From Candidatus Poriferihabitaceae bacterium (GTDB lineage Bacteria; Pseudomonadota; Gammaproteobacteria; Arenicellales; Poriferihabitantaceae): a stretch of DNA of 64,000 nucleotides. The notes under the pieces are model-generated. The model was not told the origin of the DNA. It searched no databases and worked only from the letters and a program-made list of their open reading frames with translations. Numbering within the stretch: the stretch's first letter is position 1; every line of letters starts with the position of its first letter. Below are positions 48,337-59,298 of the stretch, in pieces. The DNA lies in assembly GCA_965261915.1 (NCBI GenBank), contig CBDHDW010000013.1:2804561-2868560 (forward strand). The letters run 5' to 3'. The position numbers and the translations under genes were made by a program.

Positions 48337-48439
48337 GCTTGTCGGAAAATGGGGTTTTTAGCGTGTTGTGAATATTTAAGTCCTTGTTATTAAACGTTTT
48401 ATTTTCTTAAAATTGGACTGATTTTGAATTAGCCGACAA
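48337..48439. repeat. 103-bp direct repeat, copy B (decayed; ATG equivalent is ACG)
   Basis: See 47844-47946. Confidence 0.85.
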
Positions 48440-48677
48440 ACTCATCATATGCAGCATACCATCGCGCGATAGGCAGCCCTTTGAGCGTTTGTTACGTTGC
48501 GTTTACCGAAGATTTTCAACCTCCGAACCGATCCCCGTTCGAAGAGGCTGATCATGTCTCCGCCAACTACGACGCATGGTGGGTGGATCGCCTGTTCCTA
48601 CTTGTCCAGCTCAAGCAACCGTTTGATAAAGAATCTTGCTGTCTTTGACGACAAACGTATCGGTTGCAAACTTATAA

Positions 48678-48938
48678 CTATTTGTCAGGGGTTTCAGCAT
48701 GCCAGGTAATATACGCAACGTGGTCAACCACCGTGGAGTTTGTCAGTTCAAAGGTAACGCCTTCCTGGCCAGTTTCGGCAACCAAAGCTTCGAACAACCC
48801 GGCAATTTGTGCTTTCCCCTTCAGTGCAGCATTGGGCAAAGCGATTATGGATTCATCTGTATAGTCTTCCATGATGGCGCCAACATTATCCGAATCACGA
48901 TGAACTAACAAAGGTGCGTTAACACCGATCGTTACCAT
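48678..48938 (-). CDS. SnoaL/NTF2-like small protein, possibly frameshifted near its 3' end
   Basis: 86-aa ORF. After its stop another frame reads SYKFATDTFVVKDSKILYQTVA*, which looks like the natural C-terminus. Confidence 0.35.
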   Translation of the reverse strand: MVTIGVNAPLLVHRDSDNVGAIMEDYTDESIIALPNAALKGKAQIAGLFEALVAETGQEGVTFELTNSTVVDHVAYITWHAETPDK

Positions 48939-49442
48939 TCGACAAAGCGTAATGGAAGGTATACAGTAGATTCATATCTGATCAATCAGTGATTTCTTTG
49001 TAGCGTATAGAACGGCGATTAGCCGCGATCATGGTAATGGATATGGTTGGTTTTTCTCGCCAGATGGAACAGGATGAAGCGGGTACGGATTCACTCGTGC
49101 GATTACAAAATTTAATGCCGGGAATATCCGCCCAATATGAGCTTGAGAAGTGGAACACCGAAGCAGGCGATCTGGAGAATATTATGCAAGGATTGGTAAA
49201 GGCTGGTTACAACTAACCCTGGGTTTGTAGGAACTGCTACTACAGCACACTAATTATTCTGTGAATCAGGTATGGATGGTTATTTCGCAGAAGATGTACC
49301 AAATTTTCCAATGAGAAAACCAATTAAATGCTTTATTTTTCGAATCTGATGGTGCAATAACCATATTGTCTACCTATATTAGTGAATATTCACGTAGCAG
49401 TGGAATAACAGAAGTAGCCCAATTATTAATTCAATCCCGTCG

Positions 49443-50975
49443 ATGAAATCCGAAAAAACGTATGACCTGTTTATTATCGGAGGTGGTATAAATGGTTGCG
49501 GAATCGCCCGGGATGCAGTCGGCCGAGGACTAAGCGTTTGCTTATCAGAGCAATCTGATCTTGCTTCCGGAACTTCTTCCGGCTCAACCAAACTGATTCA
49601 TGGTGGTCTGCGATATCTCGAGCATTATGAGTTTGCATTGGTTCGCAAATCGTTGATCGAAAGAGAAACCTTGTGGAAGATCGCACCTCATATCATCCGT
49701 CCACTACGATTTGTTTTACCGCATCATAAAGAGCTACGACCCGCCTGGCTGATACGCTTGGGTTTGTTGCTTTATGATTCTCTGGGAGGGCGAAAATTGC
49801 TCCCCGCGAGTCGATCGGTAGATCTGACTTCCGATCAATCAGGCGTGCCGCTCAAACCGATTTTCAAAAAAGGCTTTGAATATTCAGACTGCTGGGTTGA
49901 TGATGCCAGATTAGTGGTATTGAATGCGCAAGATGCGGCAAACCGTGGAGCTGAGATATTGAGCTATAACCCGGTAGAAACCGCTCATCGGGAAAATGGT
50001 GTTTGGGTTATCACGACTCGAAGCCAGGAAGATGTTGTTCAGACCCACAGCGCAAAAGTCCTGATTAATGCCAGCGGGCCGTGGATTGATTTGGTCCAGG
50101 ATTCAATTGGTACCCCCGATGCACTTCGCATTCGAATGGTCCGGGGAAGTCATATTGTGGTGCCAGGAATTTTCGACAATGACAACTGTTACATTTTCCA
50201 AAACCCGGACAACCGAATTATCTTCGCAATACCGTATGAAGCCGGGTTTACATTGATTGGTACAACTGACAGCGATTATGAGGGTGAACCGGGAAATGTT
50301 TCTATTACCGCCGAAGAAATCCAATATCTATGCACTTCCATTGGTCGCTATTTTGTTAAAGAGGTACAGCCGGAAGATGTGGTTTGGTCGTATTCAGCGG
50401 TACGGCCCTTGCTCGATGACGGCGAGGAAAATGCACAAGCGGCAACCCGCGACTATCGTATTGAAATCGACGAAGATCAAAACCCGCCTTTAATCAATAT
50501 CTACGGCGGGAAAATAACCACTTACCGAAAACTTGCAGAAGATGTTCTGGGCAAAATCAATCAATTTATTCCCCACAGTAATTCATCCTGGACTGCAGAC
50601 GAACCCCTTCCGGGTGGAGATTTTCCAGTCGATAACGACTCTCGATTGGCTGCCAAGTTAGTCGATGATTACCATTTTCTAAGCCAACAGTCTGCCAATC
50701 GTTTAATTCGGTTATATGGAACGGCCGCCTGGAAAATACTGGGCGAAGCCCGAAATCCCGATGATCTTGGAGAGCAGTTCGGCGATAATCTGTCGCAGGC
50801 AGAGGTTGACTATCTGATCGAACACGAATGGGCGATCTGTGTTGACGATATAGTATGGCGACGAACCAAGGAAGGGCTAAGATTATCTTCGCAGCAAATC
50901 GAACAATTAGAAACATACATACAGGAACGAGACTTGAGGGTGGAACCCGAAACAATGCCGGATCGTCTGGTTTGA
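49443..50975 (+). CDS. glpD: aerobic glycerol-3-phosphate dehydrogenase (FAD)
   Basis: YDLFIIGGGINGCGIARDAVGRGL FAD fold, SSGSTKLIHGGLRYLE; 510 aa. Confidence 0.9.
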   Translation: MKSEKTYDLFIIGGGINGCGIARDAVGRGLSVCLSEQSDLASGTSSGSTKLIHGGLRYLEHYEFALVRKSLIERETLWKIAPHIIRPLRFVLPHHKELRPAWLIRLGLLLYDSLGGRKLLPASRSVDLTSDQSGVPLKPIFKKGFEYSDCWVDDARLVVLNAQDAANRGAEILSYNPVETAHRENGVWVITTRSQEDVVQTHSAKVLINASGPWIDLVQDSIGTPDALRIRMVRGSHIVVPGIFDNDNCYIFQNPDNRIIFAIPYEAGFTLIGTTDSDYEGEPGNVSITAEEIQYLCTSIGRYFVKEVQPEDVVWSYSAVRPLLDDGEENAQAATRDYRIEIDEDQNPPLINIYGGKITTYRKLAEDVLGKINQFIPHSNSSWTADEPLPGGDFPVDNDSRLAAKLVDDYHFLSQQSANRLIRLYGTAAWKILGEARNPDDLGEQFGDNLSQAEVDYLIEHEWAICVDDIVWRRTKEGLRLSSQQIEQLETYIQERDLRVEPETMPDRLV

Positions 50976-51546
50976 GTTTTCATGTGCGAGTTCAGATAAT
51001 TATTTGGCAATACCCTGAAATGAGTTCTGGAAAAAATTTAACCCTTGCCGTTTGTCAGACTGATGCCGGTTTGACTGCCTCGCGAAGGTGATTGCAGGAA
51101 TAGAATTTAGCGATGGAATCGAGGTGAAAGACGTTGACCCGGTCGCCGCTTGATTCAGATGCTGAAATACCACTTATTGACAATAACTCTAATATAAACC
51201 CCAGTATTGCACTTATTATGTGAATTCAAGCCCTATAAAAAAGTGCTCCCTTAAAATTTAAGCAAGTTCACAACCGGCAAGCTCAATCTCCACATCCATT
51301 TTATATCTTTGTGCCAGCATCCACGAATGCGATGCAAATCAGAATCGGTAACAGGATTTGACAAGGATTCGTTGATGTGTAGAATGGTCATAAGCCTTAA
51401 GTTATCTAATCTATCAGCGGTTGTTATTTTTAGTATCAGCCATGATGGCAAGGTGAGTTCCCCACCTGCTGTACTGCGGGCGTGGGGCAATTTTATGCCA
51501 TAAATTGAATCGGCATAATGACATCGTGTATCGACGAGGACAAACC

Positions 51547-52551
51547 ATGAAACCTATTCAATCTCTATCTCAGATAATCCGTATAGCAGCACTCTGTATC
51601 GCTATGACATCACAGCTCGCGCTGGCTGATAAGGTCACGATTAACTTGGGCTATGCGGCAGCCGAGACCAGTGCTTATGGCATACTTTCATCCAAATTTG
51701 CGGAATTGGCCGAACAATATTCAGGTGGTAGCATCGATGTAAAAGAGCGCTGCTGTGCGCAATTAATGGGGGAAGACGAGGCCTTCAAGGCAATGCAGTT
51801 GGGTACTGTTGACATGTTTATCATTACGGGCAACAACATATCCCCTCATTTCCCGCTGATGGATGCCTTTGTATTGCCTTATATTTTTCAAAATAAAGAC
51901 CATGCTTATCGGGTTTTGGAGGGTGAGGTCGGGGCTGATTTCGCGAATCAACTGCAAGCTGCCACAGGCGTACATCTGCTGACCTTTGGTTTTGTTGGTG
52001 ATCGTGATTTTTATAACTCGCGCAATCCGATTACTTCTATTAAAGATATGGCAGGACTCAAGGTAAGAGTGCCTAAAAATCAAGTGATGATCGATACTTT
52101 TACCGAATTTGGTGCCGCACCTATTCCGCTGCCGTGGGCAGATACGCCAACCGCATTGCAAACGGGTACGGTTCAGGGTGCGGACAACGGCACTTCTTTC
52201 ATCAAGTCGCAGAAATTCTATGAAATTATGCCGTATTTCACCGTTTTGGAGCATTTTTCCTATTTTGCGCCGCTGTTCGCCAGCTCTCGTATTATGAGTA
52301 AACTGGATGCCGACCAGCGCGATGCCGTTATGCGAGCTGCCCGAGATGCAGGTGCCTACCATAAGCAAGAAATGGGCAGTCAAATTGCTGGCATTCGTGA
52401 GTTCTTAACTACCGAAGGTGGCATGAAAACCGTCGATTTTGAGCGTGCTGGTTTTATTGCTGCTGGGCAGCGGGTGCAGGATCGTTATGCCTCTGAAAAA
52501 GGCGAAAGCTTTACTGCTTTTGTCAATGCGATTCGTGCTGCCGCCAATTAG
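51547..52551 (+). CDS. dctP: TRAP transporter substrate-binding protein
   Basis: Signal peptide MKPIQSLSQIIRIAALCIAMTSQLALA; followed by small and large TRAP permeases; ATG 51547 with a GAGGA SD preferred to the track TTG at 51505. Confidence 0.85.
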   Translation: MKPIQSLSQIIRIAALCIAMTSQLALADKVTINLGYAAAETSAYGILSSKFAELAEQYSGGSIDVKERCCAQLMGEDEAFKAMQLGTVDMFIITGNNISPHFPLMDAFVLPYIFQNKDHAYRVLEGEVGADFANQLQAATGVHLLTFGFVGDRDFYNSRNPITSIKDMAGLKVRVPKNQVMIDTFTEFGAAPIPLPWADTPTALQTGTVQGADNGTSFIKSQKFYEIMPYFTVLEHFSYFAPLFASSRIMSKLDADQRDAVMRAARDAGAYHKQEMGSQIAGIREFLTTEGGMKTVDFERAGFIAAGQRVQDRYASEKGESFTAFVNAIRAAAN

Positions 52552-52627
52552 TCGGGCGTTTTTAGTCTCTGTCAAGGCGCAAGGTCTTTGGCTGAGTGCC
52601 TTTTTTATAGCTTATTGACGGTTAAAG

Positions 52628-53110
52628 ATGCTCGCCAAACTAGACCGCTATTTCGAAGAAGTCATTTGCGCCCTGTGTCTCGGTATGGTCGTAGGTTCAG
52701 TGCTGTTGCAGGTCATATTGCGATTTGTTTTTTCATCAGCGGCTGCTTGGGCAGAAGAAACTGCGGTATATGGTATGATTTTTGCGGTTTATCTGGGGGC
52801 ATCTATGGCGGTGCGTGAGCGGGCTCATATTCGAATTACTCTGCTAGTCCATTGTTTTCCACGCCGCCTGCAAGTGGCATCCATTGTGTTGGCAGATGTG
52901 TTGTGGCTCGGGTTTGTCATTTTTATGATTAAGCAAACCACTGCCTATACACAGCTACTGTTTAACGTCACATATCAAACCCCCGGTCTCGGTATCGAAC
53001 AGCGTTGGGTGCAAATGCTCATACCAATGGTGTTTTGCTTAATGTCGTTCCGAATCTTGCAAGTCTATTGGCGTTGGCGTGCTGATGGATGGCGCGGATT
53101 GCCCTTATGA
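52628..53110 (+). CDS. dctQ: TRAP transporter small permease
   Basis: 160 aa, 4 hydrophobic spans, between dctP and dctM. Confidence 0.85.
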   Translation: MLAKLDRYFEEVICALCLGMVVGSVLLQVILRFVFSSAAAWAEETAVYGMIFAVYLGASMAVRERAHIRITLLVHCFPRRLQVASIVLADVLWLGFVIFMIKQTTAYTQLLFNVTYQTPGLGIEQRWVQMLIPMVFCLMSFRILQVYWRWRADGWRGLPL

Positions 53111-54399
53111 ACGGTCCTGTTGTCATGGCATTGGTGTTCGTTGGTACGATGGCTATTGGGGTTCCCATCCCTTTTGCGGCTGGTCTTGCGACAGTTGCCG
53201 GGTTAATCATCGCAGATATTCCGGCTACCCTTATGGCGCAAACGGCATGGACTGCATTTGAACCCTTTCCATTGGTCACGATTCCGCTATTCATTTTGGC
53301 GGGTCAACTCATGGAACATGGCGGCATGTCTGAAAAGCTGGTCGCTATTGCACACCGATTAGTCGGCACCTATAAGGGTGGACTCGGTTTAGTCACCGTA
53401 GTGGCCTGTCTATTTTTTGCTGCACTGTCTGGCTCGGGCCCTGCGACCACCGCAGCCATCGGCTCAATCACCATACCTGCCATGAAAAAAGAAGGCTACC
53501 GACCAAGGTTTGCCGGTGCTATAGCTGCGGCTGCCGGGGCTTTGGGTAGCATTATTCCCCCCTCCAATTTGCTCATTATCTTTGCATTGGTAACGGATGT
53601 TTCGATTCCCCGATTATTTTTAGCTGGCATTGTGCCCGGTTTATTATTAGGGTTGTTGCTGATGGCGGTGGTGTTCATTGTTTCGGTCGTGAATGGCTAT
53701 GGAGGCGACACTGAAAAATTTCGCTGGAAGCCGTTGCTGTTTGCTTTTTGGGATGGAAAATGGGCTTTATTTGCGCCCATTCTCATACTGGGAGGTATCT
53801 ATGGTGGCATCTTTACGCCATCTGAGGCCGCCGCCGTCGCCGTTGCCTATGGTCTTTTTGTCGGCTTGTTCATCTATCGCGGACTGAATTGGGCTAAATT
53901 ATTTCAATCGCTGAAATTTACCGCTATTATCATTGGCACGGTATTATTTATCTTAGGGTCGACCAAAGCATTCGGTCAATTGGTGACCATTTTTGATGTT
54001 CCGACCACCATTTTGGATTTGTTTCAGGGGCTGACCAAATTCCCTTGGCTGGTTATGTTATTGATTGGACTACTCTACATTATTGTCGGTATGTGGTTAG
54101 AAAGTATTCCGCAAATTATTATTTTTACTGCCGTATTTTTCCCGTTGATTAGCGAATTGGGCATTGACCCGGTGGTCTTCGGCATATTCACCGTAATGAC
54201 TTGCGAAATTGGTTTTCTTACCCCGCCTATTGGAGTCAATCTATTTGTTGCGGCACGCATCAGCAAGGTGTCTATCGAGCAAATATCTATTGGTGTTTTG
54301 CCGCTGATTATTCCTTACATTATGATGATGGTGCTATTGGCATTTTTCTCAGATTGGGTGACCTATTTACCCAATTTAGTCTATGGGAGTTCTCGATAA
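53107..54399 (+). CDS. dctM: TRAP transporter large permease
   Basis: About 430 aa polytopic protein; ATGA overlap with dctQ stop when started at 53107. Confidence 0.88.
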   Translation: MNGPVVMALVFVGTMAIGVPIPFAAGLATVAGLIIADIPATLMAQTAWTAFEPFPLVTIPLFILAGQLMEHGGMSEKLVAIAHRLVGTYKGGLGLVTVVACLFFAALSGSGPATTAAIGSITIPAMKKEGYRPRFAGAIAAAAGALGSIIPPSNLLIIFALVTDVSIPRLFLAGIVPGLLLGLLLMAVVFIVSVVNGYGGDTEKFRWKPLLFAFWDGKWALFAPILILGGIYGGIFTPSEAAAVAVAYGLFVGLFIYRGLNWAKLFQSLKFTAIIIGTVLFILGSTKAFGQLVTIFDVPTTILDLFQGLTKFPWLVMLLIGLLYIIVGMWLESIPQIIIFTAVFFPLISELGIDPVVFGIFTVMTCEIGFLTPPIGVNLFVAARISKVSIEQISIGVLPLIIPYIMMMVLLAFFSDWVTYLPNLVYGSSR

Positions 54400-54586
54400 G
54401 CGCGTGAAAAAAATTCCTTTAATCGGCTACAGTAATCGATTATCTGTCCGTCCGGGCGAAACCATCGACTTCAAGATATCTTCCATTTCGGCATCGTATT
54501 TTTCGGCAAAACTATTCCGTTCAATTTGTGCCGACCCCAATCCATCCGGTCAGGGGATCGTCTGTATCAAAATTTCCATAACTTAA
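54383..54586 (+). pseudogene. N-terminal fragment of an N,N-dimethylformamidase-large-subunit-like protein
   Basis: IPLIGYSNRLSVRPGETIDFKISS...ICADPNPSGQGI resembles that family's N-terminus; only 67 aa. Confidence 0.35.
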
Positions 54587-54784
54587 GAGTTGGTCTACAG
54601 ATTTTCCGCAAACATCCTCGCGTTTGATATTGTTTAAGTCTTCGCATGCACTGTTTATCCAAAGCAGGGTTGGAGTAGAGTCACAAACCCAAACTCCATC
54701 CGCCATCGCCTCAAATATTTGTTCCAATTCAATTGCTTCAAATACACGTTGCATCTTCTCTGGTTGTGGATTTTCCTTACTCAC
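54521..54784 (-). pseudogene. PAS-domain N-terminal fragment of a sensor/regulator
   Basis: IFEAMADGVWVCDSTPTLLWINSACEDLNNIKREDVCGKSVDQLL is PAS-like; the ORF stops after 87 aa. Confidence 0.4.
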
Positions 54785-55051
54785 GGCCCCACTTTCTCTC
54801 GGTTAGTCATCATTGAATATAATAATTTAAAAGCAGCTAAAAGATGTTGTATGTCGAACTTTAGACTATCGATTTCATAAACCCCAAAGTCTGCAATTGA
54901 AAAACCTGTACGCTTTTCATATGTAATAGCCAAAAGCGTGATGTGTCTTGGTCGTCTAAGTGTTGAAGGGGTATTTGGTGACTGGATTGTGAGTCAATCA
55001 ACAATCATCCTCAATTTGCAGTACCGGTAAACTGTGGTCAAACGCTTCAAA

Positions 55052-55366
55052 CTAGTTTACGTATTCATTAAAGGTTACAGCATATAGCGTTTCGCCATCA
55101 AATTCAGCGCTTACCATAACCTGGCTGTCATTGAATTTATGAAGCACAGTCAGTTTTTTGTCAGCACCATAGTCTTTCCAGACACAGTCACCAGACCCAA
55201 GACTTGCATTCAGGGCATCCAAAAAAGCAGCTTTATTTTCATCATAAGCCTGGTAGAGATTTTCTCTGATTTCGGTCGATTTGCAAAAAATATTGGTGAA
55301 GGGTTGGTCATCTGCAAAGGACGGGGTGCCAGTTAGAAGCACCAACAGGAGAAGAAGTCTGTACAT
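55052..55366 (-). CDS. small secreted hypothetical protein
   Basis: Signal peptide MYRLLLLLVLLTGTPSFA; start moved to Met at 55366. Confidence 0.5.
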   Translation of the reverse strand: MYRLLLLLVLLTGTPSFADDQPFTNIFCKSTEIRENLYQAYDENKAAFLDALNASLGSGDCVWKDYGADKKLTVLHKFNDSQVMVSAEFDGETLYAVTFNEYVN

Positions 55367-55609
55367 TGATTTTTGTTCTCTATTTTTGGAGGGGTTCTGA
55401 TTGTTTATCGTGACCATAGCCCAGAAGTAAAAATTTAACTACCACTAACGGGTTGCTGAAATACGTTTTCTTTGAAAAATCGAACCAATATGTGTAAAGA
55501 TAAGCGTTATCCCAAGTTCGATGCAATCCATTTTCGATTGTTTTCCTGAAGCGTAAATGAGAAGCGGTAACCCAGGCATTGATAATTAACAAACCCAGCA
55601 AGGCGGGCG

Positions 55610-56893
55610 ATGAATCGCGATAACAAAACAGCATCTGCAAGTAACGTAGAAACAATAGATACCCTGGTTGTGGGCGGCGGCCAGGCAGGCATCGCCATGA
55701 GTGAGCACCTGAGTCATTGCAATGTGCCGCATGTGGTTGTTGAGCGGCACCGTATCGCAGAACGGTGGAGATCAGAGCGATGGGATTCTCTGGTTGCCAA
55801 CGGGCCGGCCTGGCACGATCGTTTTCCGGGTATGGAGTTCGCCGATTTTGATCCAGAGGCATTTGCTTGCAGGGAACGCGTGGCGGACTATTTTGTTGCT
55901 TATGCGGAAATGATTCAGGCGCCCGTTCGTTGTGGTGTTGAAGTGACGGAAGTCCGTCGAAATGATGGCCGCGCCGGGTTTCGTGCTGAAACCACTTCGG
56001 GTGTGATCGAAACCAGCAACGTTGTCGTGGCCACCGGGCCATTTCAACGCCCCATTGTCCCACAACTGGTACCTCAGTCCTCTGCTGTGGAGCAAATCCA
56101 CTCTAGTGCTTATCATAATCCAGAGCAGTTGCCTGAAGGTGCTGTGCTGGTCGTCGGTGCCGGTTCTTCAGGTGCGCAAATAGCTGATGAACTGCTGCGT
56201 TCCGGCAAAAAGGTATATCTATCCGTTGGCCCCCATGATCTGCCACCGAGACGATACCGCGGGCGTGACTTCGTCTGGTGGCTGGGGGTGTTGGGAAAGT
56301 GGGAAGCGATTGCAATGGAACCCGGCACCGAACATGTCACGATTGCGGTGAGCGGAGCACATGGCGGAGAAACTGTTGATTTCCGGCGTTTAGCGTCTCA
56401 GGGAATGATACTTGTTGGCAGAACGGAGTCTTTTTCAGAAGGGGGTATCCGCTTTGCTTCCGATCTCGCACATAACATCACCAGGGGAAATGCGAATACG
56501 TTGTCGGTTCTCGATGAAGCCGACGCGTATATTATCCGTAATGGTCTCGACTTCCCCGAAGAGCCAGAAGCTCGGGAAGTGGGCGCTGATCCAGAATGTG
56601 TAACCAATCCCATCCTGGATTTGAATTTATCTGAAGCAGGGGTGACATCCATCGTCTGGGCCACCGGATTTGAAGTCGATTACAGCTGGCTCAAAGTCAA
56701 CGCTTTTGATGAAGAGGGTAAGCCCAGACACCAGCGCGGCGTTTCTTCAGAGCCTGGGGTTTATTTTCTTGGCTTGCCTTGGTTGTCGAGAAGAGGTTCG
56801 TCATTTATCTGGGGGGTCTGGCATGATGCCAGATTTCTTGCAGACCAGATTTCCATACAACGCAATTATCTGCACTACGATAGCCCGGAATGA
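55610..56893 (+). CDS. FAD/NAD(P)-dependent flavin monooxygenase-like oxidoreductase
   Basis: Two dinucleotide folds VVGGGQAGIA and VVGAGSSGAQIA; 427 aa. Confidence 0.75.
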   Translation: MNRDNKTASASNVETIDTLVVGGGQAGIAMSEHLSHCNVPHVVVERHRIAERWRSERWDSLVANGPAWHDRFPGMEFADFDPEAFACRERVADYFVAYAEMIQAPVRCGVEVTEVRRNDGRAGFRAETTSGVIETSNVVVATGPFQRPIVPQLVPQSSAVEQIHSSAYHNPEQLPEGAVLVVGAGSSGAQIADELLRSGKKVYLSVGPHDLPPRRYRGRDFVWWLGVLGKWEAIAMEPGTEHVTIAVSGAHGGETVDFRRLASQGMILVGRTESFSEGGIRFASDLAHNITRGNANTLSVLDEADAYIIRNGLDFPEEPEAREVGADPECVTNPILDLNLSEAGVTSIVWATGFEVDYSWLKVNAFDEEGKPRHQRGVSSEPGVYFLGLPWLSRRGSSFIWGVWHDARFLADQISIQRNYLHYDSPE

Positions 56894-56913
56894 CGCAGAA
56901 AATTTAGTGACGT

Positions 56914-57360
56914 TTAATCCTGGCCCTGAGTAACGTATTGCAGAATTTCAACCACTTGTCCGGGTGTTTGAGCCCAGGCCATTGCCGCTGCGTCAACTTC
57001 CTTAAGCGGATGAATAATATCTTCATCATGCAGCGTGATATAGGGTTTACCGTGGGCGGTTAACAATCCGGCGTCAAATGCCGCATTCCACTGTTTGTAC
57101 TTATCACCAAACCGGACCACTGCGATGTCGCAGTGCTCGATCATGGTCCGGGTACGAATACTATTTACCTTCGATGACTGGTGGTCGCGCCAGAACCCTG
57201 ATTCCGGTTTGCCCAGTAAATCACCGGCAGCGTCGCTTGATTCGTGATCAGTTACCGCAGACATGAATGAAACCGGGAGTCCCATATTTTCTGCGCCAGC
57301 GCTAATTTGTTCGCGCCAGTCGGTATGAATTTCTCCTGATAAATAAACAGCCCAATGCAT
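56914..57360 (-). CDS. YtoQ-family protein
   Basis: 148 aa, VYLSGEIHTDWREQI N-terminus as remembered for YtoQ. Confidence 0.65.
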   Translation of the reverse strand: MHWAVYLSGEIHTDWREQISAGAENMGLPVSFMSAVTDHESSDAAGDLLGKPESGFWRDHQSSKVNSIRTRTMIEHCDIAVVRFGDKYKQWNAAFDAGLLTAHGKPYITLHDEDIIHPLKEVDAAAMAWAQTPGQVVEILQYVTQGQD

Positions 57361-57418
57361 AATTTTCTCCTAAATTTAAACGCTGGATTGTAACCAATTT
57401 ATTGTTCTGCCGGACTTA

Positions 57419-57751
57419 TTATTCAGCGGAACTCGAAAGCGCATCGATCAGATCGCTTACAAGCTTTTGTTTGCTCTTTGGCAGCGCAGCGAACCGCTCA
57501 GTAATGCTGGATTCGTATTGGGGTGTTTCGATTTGTATTGCGGCAAGTTCAGGAACTCGGTCCAGAAAACCTGCTGGCTTTTCCAGTAGCTGTTCGATAA
57601 GCCGTGCATCCTCATCACTAATCAGTCCCACGCCATCGATCATCATCTGCAGCATTTCGACAGATTGATTGGCGCTCCTTGCCAACAGTTCCAGTTGATC
57701 GAGGCTGAAATTTTGTGCCTGTAAAATTTCGCTTCTGATATTGCTGGCCAT
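57419..57751 (-). CDS. hypothetical protein (110 aa)
   Basis: Clean ATG ORF, acidic/helical, no motif recognised. Confidence 0.4.
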   Translation of the reverse strand: MASNIRSEILQAQNFSLDQLELLARSANQSVEMLQMMIDGVGLISDEDARLIEQLLEKPAGFLDRVPELAAIQIETPQYESSITERFAALPKSKQKLVSDLIDALSSSAE

Positions 57752-58025
57752 GGATTGATATTGTTGAGCTATTCAGGAATTCGGCCAAAAACATGGCTGA
57801 TTAGCGGAATGACTCTGGCAGACCACAAGTACCGTATCCCGGCTGGCGCAACCCAATAGCGACAGGCATTGTCGAATCTGTCTTTTGAAAGAAGTTTCGG
57901 ATCGTGCCCATGAATCAAATTTTAGTCTATTGGTCGAAAAAAAGTACTGAAAAAGACGAATAAAGTCAGATATAGGGGTAATATAATTGGCAGATTAGCT
58001 ATTGCTCAACCTTTGACTAAAACAC

Positions 58026-59165
58026 ATGCACATAAAACTGAATCAAACTGAGTACGATGAAATTAGCCATGGGTTTGACCCAGATCCATTTAGTTCCTGG
58101 TCTGTGAATGCGCGTTGTTATCAGGAACCAGGATTTTTGCAGTTGGATAGGGAACAAATATTTCATCGCTCATGGCAGTTTTTGTGCCATGAAGCAAAAC
58201 TTGCAGAACCAGGCAGTTACGTTACCGCGGATGTGCAGGGGCAAAGCGTATTTGCATCTCGCGGCCAGAATGGAGAGTTGCGCGGCTTTTATAATGTTTG
58301 TAAGCATCGTGGGCACGAACTGTTATCCGGTGAAGGGAAGAAGAATTTGATTGTTTGTCCGTACCATGCCTGGTGCTACAACCTGGATGGCTCGCTGCAG
58401 CTGGCAAGGCGATCGGAATTTCTCAAAAATTTTGATACTTCAACGATTCGATTGGATCAGGTTCGTGTTGAAGTTTTCTGCCACCTGGTTTTCGTTAATC
58501 TCGATATAGATGCAGTGCCGTTAGCTGAGCAGTCAGGTGAGCTCGCCAGCGAGATCCTGCGTTATGCGCCAGATATGGCTGATTTGAAATTCGCGCATCG
58601 TCTCACTTACAACATTAATGCCAACTGGAAATCAGTGGTGGATAATTTCCTCGAGTGTTACCACTGTCCAGTGGCCCACAAAGACTTTTGCACGCTGGTG
58701 GATATGGATACATACAAGGTTAAAACCCACGGCATTTACTCCAGTCATATGGCCAAGGCAGGGGTGTCGGATAACAATGCTTACGGCGTGGAAAATGCAA
58801 CGGTTACCGATCATGCGGTGTGGTATTTGTGGCCTAATACGACGTTGATGCGCTATCCGGGTCGAGGCAATTTTATGGTGTGGCGTTTTATTCCAACCGG
58901 GCCTGAAACGACCTACGAAGAATTTGATTTTTTCTTTGAAACGGAGACCCCAAACGAAGACGAAATGGAGGCGATAAAATTCATCGACGATGTATTACAG
59001 CCAGAAGATATCGGATTGGTAGAAAGCGTACAAAGGGGAATGCGGACACCTGCGTTTAACCAGGGTCGTTTTCTGGTTGACCCCGAAGAGAGCGGAATGA
59101 GCGAGCATGCCGTTCATCACTTCCACAGTTTGGTTCTTGATGCTTACAAAGGAGCATGCGTTTAA
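58026..59165 (+). CDS. Rieske [2Fe-2S] oxygenase alpha subunit, CntA/YeaW/GbcA-like
   Basis: Rieske CKHRGHELL...CPYHAW; NWKSVVDNFLECYHCPVAH (mononuclear iron region); LQPEDIGLVESVQRG; collinear with carnitine monooxygenase CntA as remembered. Confidence 0.75.
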   Translation: MHIKLNQTEYDEISHGFDPDPFSSWSVNARCYQEPGFLQLDREQIFHRSWQFLCHEAKLAEPGSYVTADVQGQSVFASRGQNGELRGFYNVCKHRGHELLSGEGKKNLIVCPYHAWCYNLDGSLQLARRSEFLKNFDTSTIRLDQVRVEVFCHLVFVNLDIDAVPLAEQSGELASEILRYAPDMADLKFAHRLTYNINANWKSVVDNFLECYHCPVAHKDFCTLVDMDTYKVKTHGIYSSHMAKAGVSDNNAYGVENATVTDHAVWYLWPNTTLMRYPGRGNFMVWRFIPTGPETTYEEFDFFFETETPNEDEMEAIKFIDDVLQPEDIGLVESVQRGMRTPAFNQGRFLVDPEESGMSEHAVHHFHSLVLDAYKGACV

Positions 59166-59291
59166 ATGAACGCGGTTAAAAATAACTACCTTGAAGGCAA
59201 AACATCTGTGGTTACTGGCGGTTGCGGCGGCATCGGTTCAGCTATTTGCGAGCGGTTGGCGTTAAAAGGTGCGGACAACGTAAACTTCTAG
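59166..59291 (+). pseudogene. SDR N-terminal fragment (41 codons)
   Basis: MNAVKNNYLEGKTSVVTGGCGGIGSAICERLALKGA then stop. Confidence 0.5.
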
Positions 59292-59298
59292 TCAGAAT

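Noticed and set aside
51763-52383. 206-aa minus-strand ORF
   Set aside because: It lies entirely antisense within dctP, which has clear family features and operon context.
55380-56063. 227-aa minus-strand ORF (and the 114-aa ORF 55772-56116)
   Set aside because: Both are antisense to the well-supported flavin oxidoreductase gene, are Arg/Pro/Trp-rich as is typical of antisense GC-rich frames, and have no motif.
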